Below are positions 17,246 to 22,579 of a stretch of 22,579 nucleotides of DNA, in pieces. Both the position numbers and the translations under genes were made by a program. Origin of the DNA: Myxococcota bacterium (lineage in GTDB: Bacteria > Myxococcota_A > UBA796 > GCA-2862545); NCBI GenBank assembly GCA_039208735.1, contig JBCCQY010000155.1:1-22579 (forward strand), given 5' to 3'. Every line of letters starts with the position of its first letter. The first letter of the stretch is position 1. The notes under the pieces are model-generated. The model saw only the letters and a list, made by a program, of their open reading frames with translations. It had not been told where the DNA came from and ran no database searches.

Positions 17246-19390
17246 CTACGGTACGATTTCGGGAACGTTGACCGTGACCGACTTGCCGCTCTCGAAGGCC
17301 TTGGTGGTGCTCCAGTCGAGGCCGACCGCAGGATTGACGACCCGAACGGTGTGTTGACCTGGCGGAATGCCTTGGCCCTGAAGCGGAGCTCGGGCCTCGA
17401 GCTTGACGTTGTCGATGTAGACGTCGGCGCCGCCTTCGGTCGGTACGGTCAAGATGAGCTTCGCAGGCACGACCGCATCTGCAAAAGGATCGACAAGGTC
17501 GTCGAGTCCTGCTTCGTACACCTCTTGCGAAGGCGCGGCCGCAGGCGCGGCTTCGTCTTCACCCTCCTCGGCCACCGCTTCGGAGGGGACGACGGCAATC
17601 CCGTCGGGGCCAAGCACTTCGCCTTGGGGGTCCAGCAGCTGGCGTTCCGTGGTTCCTAGATCGAGGCTGATCACGGTCGAACCTGGGGCCAGCTGGAGTT
17701 CGGTCGCGGCGTCTAGGTGCCCTTTGAGCCGCATTTCGACAGAATAGGCGCCACCGAGTTTGCCATTTGTCCACAACAGCGGCGTGACGCCGAGCCGAGT
17801 CCCATTCACAAAGATTGCGGCGCCCGTCGGCGTCGAGCGGAAGGTGACGGCGGGGACGCTTGGGTCGGTCGGGATGTCACCCGCAATGACCGGGGCATTT
17901 GCGTCGCGGTCGAGGCGGATCATCATGGGGGTAAGCAGGCCCTGTTCGACTGAAATTTCAGCCTCGTGAGGGCGGAAGCCTGGCGCCATGACCTTCAGCG
18001 CGTGCAACCCAGGTTCGAGCGAATCGATGATGAGGTGGCTTCCCTCGCCGCGTGGAATACCGTCGATCTCGACGCGACCGGGTGGGTCGACCACGACCTC
18101 GATGCCACTCGCCGCCGCCGCGGTAAGCCCTTCGCTGGTCGGGGCTTGGTCAGTCGCCCAACCCTGAAGCCATTGGGGCTGAATGGTCCGCACCGCAAAT
18201 GCGATCGATCCGATGACCACCAACAACACCGCCATGGCCACCGCGCCGGTCAGCGCCGAGCGAAGGCTTTGGTTGGAGGCGGTTCCCCGATCGGGCAACG
18301 TCGACGGAGTGCTGCCGTCCCAATTGGCTTCGAGCCGAGGCCCGGTGGCCACGGGCATGGTTTGCAAGGCTTTCGTGAGCCGTTGCTCTTCCGCTGCGCG
18401 TTCGGTGGGAAAGTCGGCTTCGAGCAGTTCGGCGAGGCGCTCTCGAGACGCCTCGACCGAGCCCGGGGCGATGAACGCGCGCAGTGCATCTGCCATGGCA
18501 TCCGCCGAGGGGTAGCGGTCATCGCGGTCACGCGACAACGCCTTGAGACAGATGGCCTCGAGTTCGGGGTCTACGCCTGGCCGATAATGGCCCATGGAAG
18601 GAATCTTTGATTCGCGAATCTTCTGGAGGGTCGCGATCTCACTGTCGGCCTTGAACAGGCGTCGGCAGGTGATCATCTCGAAGAGCAAGATGCCCGCGGC
18701 AAAGATGTCGGCCCGTTGGTCGATGTCTCGCCCTTCGGCTTGCTCGGGGCTCATGTAGTCGAACTTGCCCTTGAAAATGCCGCTTTTCGTGCGGTTGGCA
18801 TTGGACGAGGCCTTGGCGACGCCGAAGTCCGTGAGCTTGATCTCTCCGGTATAGGACAACAACACGTTCGCGGGCGAGACGTCGCGGTGCACGACGTCGT
18901 AGGGAACGCCTTGGTCGTCGGCCAAGGTGTGGGCGTAGTGAAGGCCCCGGCACACTTCGTGGGCGATGGCCGCGCACAGCGACAACTCGAGGAAGCGTTC
19001 GCGATGGGCAAGCCGCCGCAGCACGTTGCGCAGGTCTTTGCCTTCGACGTACTCCATCGCGATGTAGGAGTCGTGGTGGACCCGGCCGAAGTCAAACACC
19101 CTGACCACATTGGGATGCCGGAGCGCCGCGGTGATCTTGGCTTCGTCGGCAAACATATCGACGAAGTCTTCATTTTCGGCGATGTGGGGAAGAATGCGCT
19201 TGATGACGAGCACATCGTTTTCACTCAGCGGATTTGGCCCGCCTTGCACGGGCAAGGCCCGAAATACCTCGGCCATCCCGCCCGTCCCGATGCGGTCGAT
19301 CAGGTAGTACTTCCCGAACGTGAACGGGTGAAAGACACGTTGGGGTGGCCGTGAAATCGACGGCGCAACTGGTCGCTCGGGACCGGTCAA
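17246..19390 (-). CDS. Transmembrane Ser/Thr protein kinase with three extracytoplasmic PEGA-like domains
   Basis: Kinase motifs IGTGGMAEVF, LVIKRIL, HRDVSPAN, DFG, GKFDYMSPEQ and DIFAAG. One TM. PEGA-like repeats VVVDPPGRVEIDG, FRSTPTGAAIFVNGTRLGVTPL and GADVYIDN...PGQHTVRV. Probable TTG start at 19390 overlaps the upstream TGA and has a GAGG SD. Confidence 0.92.
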   Translation of the reverse strand: MTGPERPVAPSISRPPQRVFHPFTFGKYYLIDRIGTGGMAEVFRALPVQGGPNPLSENDVLVIKRILPHIAENEDFVDMFADEAKITAALRHPNVVRVFDFGRVHHDSYIAMEYVEGKDLRNVLRRLAHRERFLELSLCAAIAHEVCRGLHYAHTLADDQGVPYDVVHRDVSPANVLLSYTGEIKLTDFGVAKASSNANRTKSGIFKGKFDYMSPEQAEGRDIDQRADIFAAGILLFEMITCRRLFKADSEIATLQKIRESKIPSMGHYRPGVDPELEAICLKALSRDRDDRYPSADAMADALRAFIAPGSVEASRERLAELLEADFPTERAAEEQRLTKALQTMPVATGPRLEANWDGSTPSTLPDRGTASNQSLRSALTGAVAMAVLLVVIGSIAFAVRTIQPQWLQGWATDQAPTSEGLTAAAASGIEVVVDPPGRVEIDGIPRGEGSHLIIDSLEPGLHALKVMAPGFRPHEAEISVEQGLLTPMMIRLDRDANAPVIAGDIPTDPSVPAVTFRSTPTGAAIFVNGTRLGVTPLLWTNGKLGGAYSVEMRLKGHLDAATELQLAPGSTVISLDLGTTERQLLDPQGEVLGPDGIAVVPSEAVAEEGEDEAAPAAAPSQEVYEAGLDDLVDPFADAVVPAKLILTVPTEGGADVYIDNVKLEARAPLQGQGIPPGQHTVRVVNPAVGLDWSTTKAFESGKSVTVNVPEIVP

Positions 19391-19713
19391 GTATCGCCTC
19401 GAGCCGCCTCTCCCCACAACAGGTCGAGGTCATCGCAGTTGAGGTTGTTGTCGAGGGCCTGTGGCGACCCGAAATCTCGGCAGGACTGTGCGTCTTCCGT
19501 CGAGACATCCTGCTGAGCATCGAAGCAGGCGTTGACGTCCGCGTCGGGCACCGCAACGCCGCAGTCCCTGGAGAATTCAGCGAGTCGAACACACACGTTC
19601 TGACAGGGATTGCGACACGCTGAAGCCGTACCCAGGGCGAGAACGACGAGTGCGACCGCGTTTGAGGTTGCGACCCGGCGGATGACCGCCCGCGCTCTCG
19701 TTCCTACAACCAT
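19387..19713 (-). CDS. Small Cys-rich lipoprotein (108 aa)
   Basis: ATG 19713 has a GGGGAGAG SD. Basic n-region, hydrophobic h-region and lipobox-like TASA-C, followed by six more Cys in ~60 aa. Confidence 0.75.
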   Translation of the reverse strand: MVVGTRARAVIRRVATSNAVALVVLALGTASACRNPCQNVCVRLAEFSRDCGVAVPDADVNACFDAQQDVSTEDAQSCRDFGSPQALDNNLNCDDLDLLWGEAARGDT

Positions 19714-19772
19714 GAACTCTCCCCGAACGTGCCATGTTGCATGGAGCGTAGCCAACGGCAAGCGCCGTCCGC

Positions 19773-20144
19773 TCAGTTCACGTAGAGGAACCACATGCCG
19801 AAGATGGCCACTACCCCGACGGCAAGGATGCCTCCGCCGAGCAGCGAAAGCGCCAGAAGAACAGGGTGGACGCGACGGTCGGCTCGATCGTCGTCGAGCA
19901 GCTGAATGCGGGGCCGGACGATCACCTCGGTGTCGAGTTCGTCGTCGGATTTGGGCCCTCGGCGGGCTTTTCGTGGTCGAGGTTCGGTCTTGTCGAGGTC
20001 ATCGACGAGGTTCCGCAGGGCTGTCTTTTCGTCGACCTCGTCGTCGCCTCCGTCACGCGACAGGCCGAGCGACCCGATGGGGAACGCTGCGGTGGGCGTC
20101 TCGAGGTACCTAAGGGAGTCCTTCTGCGGATCTTTCTTCGTCAT
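19773..20144 (-). CDS. Hypothetical tail-anchored membrane protein with a charged, disordered N-terminus
   Basis: Probable ATG 20144 (MTKKDPQKD...). Single long C-terminal hydrophobic segment. Lies in line between dapA and the lipoprotein gene. Confidence 0.6.
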   Translation of the reverse strand: MTKKDPQKDSLRYLETPTAAFPIGSLGLSRDGGDDEVDEKTALRNLVDDLDKTEPRPRKARRGPKSDDELDTEVIVRPRIQLLDDDRADRRVHPVLLALSLLGGGILAVGVVAIFGMWFLYVN

Positions 20145-20210
20145 CGCGGGACAGCCTACCAAAAAAACGCAAATTACGGCCGGGTGAAACTGCAACAGCC
20201 CCTGGGGCGC

Positions 20211-21083
20211 TCACGGTTCGGCGGACTCGGCCGCGTCCACCAGGGCGCGTACCCGCGTCACCGGGAGGTCGTCCGAACGTCCGACCAACGGTGGACGAGT
20301 CGTGGGACCCCCAAACCCCAGTACCGCGAGAGCGGCCTTGGCGTGAATGGGATTACTGACTTCCATCAACCAGGTCATCAACGGGAACAGAGCCTGAAAG
20401 CGCCGGATGGCCTCGGCATGGTCTCCACGTTCCCAAGCGTTGAACACCGCCACGGTCGCGGCGGGAACCACATTGGAGACCACCGAAACACAGCCTGTTC
20501 CGCCTTGGGCGAGGAGGCCGAGAAACGAAAAGTCATCTCCGGAGAGGATGGCCGTTTGGGTGGCCGTGATCAGCTCCGTTCCGTATCGCAAGTCGCCCGT
20601 GGCCTCCTTGACCGCCACGATGCCATCCATCGACGCGAGTTCGGCGAGCAGCGGAGCCGGCACGTGTTGCCCCGTACGGTGGGGCACATGGTAGAGCATG
20701 AGCGGTAAACCGACGTTGATGGCCTGCCGGACGTGTTCGCGAAGGCCATCGGGATTGGGCTTGTTGTAGTAGGGCAGCACCAGCAACCCGTGACTGGCAC
20801 CGCAGGTTTGCGCCCTTTCGCAGAAAGCGACCGTCGAACGTGTGTTGTTGGTGCCGACGCCGGCCAAGACCGGCACTGTGCCTGCGGACGTGCGAACCGC
20901 CGTCCGTACGACGGTCTCCCATTCTTCGTCCGACAGGGTGGGCGTTTCGCCCGTTGTCCCACAAGGCACGAGCCCGTGAATGCCCGCGTCGATCTGGCGG
21001 CGGCACTGGGCTTCAAAGGTGGCCACGTCGAGGCGTTGGTCCTCGTCGAACGGTGTCACCAATGCAGTCAGGATGCCGTTCAT
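20211..21083 (-). CDS. dapA: 4-hydroxy-tetrahydrodipicolinate synthase
   Basis: GTTGE, PYYNKP, LYHVPHRTG (catalytic Tyr/Arg), VKEATG (Schiff-base Lys), LSGDD and SNPI. 290 aa with a GGGAGA SD. Confidence 0.9.
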   Translation of the reverse strand: MNGILTALVTPFDEDQRLDVATFEAQCRRQIDAGIHGLVPCGTTGETPTLSDEEWETVVRTAVRTSAGTVPVLAGVGTNNTRSTVAFCERAQTCGASHGLLVLPYYNKPNPDGLREHVRQAINVGLPLMLYHVPHRTGQHVPAPLLAELASMDGIVAVKEATGDLRYGTELITATQTAILSGDDFSFLGLLAQGGTGCVSVVSNVVPAATVAVFNAWERGDHAEAIRRFQALFPLMTWLMEVSNPIHAKAALAVLGFGGPTTRPPLVGRSDDLPVTRVRALVDAAESAEP

Positions 21084-21120
21084 GATTGTTCTCCCGTCGG
21101 TTGTCGGCCCGCTCGACGAG

Positions 21121-21151
21121 CCCCCGTATCCGACCGACCGGATATCGGGGG
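21121..21151. promoter_or_regulatory. GC-rich inverted repeat (12-bp stem, 1-nt bulge, 6-nt loop) in the dapA/capA divergent intergenic region
   Basis: CCCCCG-TATCCG accgac CGGATA-t-CGGGGG. No U-tract on either side. Function unknown. Confidence 0.4.
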
Positions 21152-21166
21152 GGCCTCGGAGGGGGA

Positions 21167-22381
21167 ATGCTCTTCGCCTGGTGGTGGGCGTGCGGGATGA
21201 TGACCGCGGACCGGGGGCTCGAGGCCCCGCTGGGATCGCTATCGGTAGCCGGGCCTGGTCAAATCAGCCAAGAAACCGGCCATCTCACCGTATTGGCCAC
21301 CGGTGACATCATGATCCATCGGGCCGTGGAACGTGCAGCCGCAAGCATGGCTTCGACCCGGCAGACGTCAGAGCGCCATGGTTACGAGGCGCTCTTCGAG
21401 GGCATTCGAACCTTGGTGAGAGACGTCGACGTAGCGTTCGCCAACCTCGAGACCCCCGTGGCGCCTTCACGGTTCCGCGCCCGGCGACCGCGGGTCTTCA
21501 ACGCCGACCCGCTCGTGGTGGAGAGCTTGGTTGCCACAGGGTTTGACTTGGTCAGCTTGGCCAACAACCATGCGTTCGACCAAGGGCCCGAGGGCCTCGA
21601 AGAAACCATGACGGTGCTCGATGACCGGAGCCTCGGCTTCGTCGGGGTTGGATCGACCTGTGAGGAGGCCCGGACGCCGGTCGTGATGCGACGGAGCGGT
21701 CTCACCGTGGCGTTCTTCGCGGCCACGGAGCTGCTCAACGAGGACTGGAACGTTCGGGCCGATGCAACGTGCACGGCGACCCTCGACCCAAGCGACCTCA
21801 TCCAGCGGGCGCAAGCCGCACGCGAAGCGGGAGCGGACTTCGTGGTGCTGAGCCTGCATTGGGGCGACGAGTACGTGCAGGACCCGGGAGCCAGTCGCCG
21901 CCGCCTGGCCCGACGTTTGGTCGAGGGCGGAGTGGACGTCATTTTGGGCCATCATGCCCATGTGCTTCAACCGGTGGAACTGCACCGGACGTCCGATGGG
22001 CGGGCGGCGTTGGTGGCCTATGGGTTGGGCAATCTCATCAGCAACCAAGCGGCCTGGTACCTGCCGGGGGTGCATGCGCCGCGCAGCGCTCGGCCACGCG
22101 ACGGACTCGCGCTGTCTTTTCGTTTGTCGCGACGGCAGATTGGCGAAGGGGAAACAGCCACATGGCGTAGTGAGATCGTAGACATTCGGACGATTCCGTT
22201 GTGGACGGTCAACGATCGCCTCCGCGCGGGTACCGAGATTCGAGTGGTGCCGACCGACGATGCCGTCGACGAGTTGCTGGGTAGCGAAGAGGATGGTCTT
22301 GCCTGGGTCACCGAGCTTCGGGCTCGCGCTCAGTTGGTTCGTGATGAGGCACGGCCCACGATCGTGGCCCCGCGGCACTGA
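21167..22381 (+). CDS. CapA-family (PGA_cap) metallophosphatase-fold protein, probably exported or lipid-anchored
   Basis: TGDIM, ANLETP, SLANNHAFDQG, SLHWGDEY, GHHAHVLQP and YGLGNL. ATG 21167 has a GGAGGGGG SD. Confidence 0.9.
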   Translation: MLFAWWWACGMMTADRGLEAPLGSLSVAGPGQISQETGHLTVLATGDIMIHRAVERAAASMASTRQTSERHGYEALFEGIRTLVRDVDVAFANLETPVAPSRFRARRPRVFNADPLVVESLVATGFDLVSLANNHAFDQGPEGLEETMTVLDDRSLGFVGVGSTCEEARTPVVMRRSGLTVAFFAATELLNEDWNVRADATCTATLDPSDLIQRAQAAREAGADFVVLSLHWGDEYVQDPGASRRRLARRLVEGGVDVILGHHAHVLQPVELHRTSDGRAALVAYGLGNLISNQAAWYLPGVHAPRSARPRDGLALSFRLSRRQIGEGETATWRSEIVDIRTIPLWTVNDRLRAGTEIRVVPTDDAVDELLGSEEDGLAWVTELRARAQLVRDEARPTIVAPRH

Positions 22382-22422
22382 CGCAAAGTTTGTCACCCAA
22401 GGGCGCGCCGTTGCGCGGTAGC

Positions 22423-22579
22423 ATGCCGGGACCGGGGGGCACGTTGTCCGAGGATGGAATGATCGGCGGGGTGCTGGTCGGCAAGTATGAGCTGACGGGC
22501 CAGCTTCAGCCTGGGAAATTTGGGGACTTCTGGCGCGGGAAGCGCCTCGATGACGGGGAGGAAGTGGCGATCAAGCTGC
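22423..22579 (+). CDS. N-terminal fragment of a Ser/Thr kinase-like protein (truncated by the window edge)
   Basis: Manual translation MPGPGGTLSEDGMIGGVLVGKYELTGQLQPGKFGDFWRGKRLDDGEEVAIKL matches kinase subdomains I-II. Alternative ATG at 22459. Confidence 0.75.
   Translation, partial: MPGPGGTLSEDGMIGGVLVGKYELTGQLQPGKFGDFWRGKRLDDGEEVAIKL

Noticed and set aside
19727..19749. CCATG-N3-CATGG palindrome and a TGGCACG (sigma54 -24-like) element upstream of the lipoprotein gene
   Set aside because: There is no correctly spaced TTGC -12 element, and a 5-bp palindrome is too short to support a call.
21167..22381. Poly-gamma-glutamate capsule locus
   Set aside because: No capB/capC genes are nearby. 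Stand-alone CapA-domain proteins are widespread.
1..22579. CRISPR arrays, tRNA/rRNA genes, IS elements, integrases, retron-type ncRNA
   Set aside because: I saw no spaced direct repeats, RNA-gene signatures, or transposase/integrase/RT motifs. Intergenic gaps are all about 210 bp or shorter.

Overview
GC-rich, densely coding bacterial DNA. Three Hanks-type Ser/Thr kinases, PEGA domains and Cys-rich exported proteins suggest a Myxococcota-like organism (inference). The left 8.6 kb is a co-directional minus-strand cluster of three genes. (1) A ~1700-aa fusion of a cation-chloride cotransporter (SLC12/CCC-like) with a long helical region, a P-loop NTPase and a winged helix. It appears to start at a CTG codon. 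(2) A small MscS-like protein coupled to it by an ATGA overlap. (3) A >908-aa ORF that is missing from the supplied ORF track because it runs off the left edge. My manual translation shows an M48-like zinc peptidase, a TerB-like domain, a DUF4011-like domain and the start of a UPF1-like SF1 helicase, which suggests a protease-armed variant of the Hhe-type DUF4011-helicase defence proteins. The rest of the window holds a NUDIX hydrolase, a methyltransferase, a kinase with an extracellular beta-helix-like domain, a J-domain membrane protein, two outer-membrane beta-barrels, a Cys-rich lipoprotein coupled to a PEGA kinase, dapA, a CapA-family metallophosphatase and a truncated third kinase. I found no RNA genes, CRISPR arrays or mobile elements. 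All domain calls come from motif recognition by eye, not database searches.
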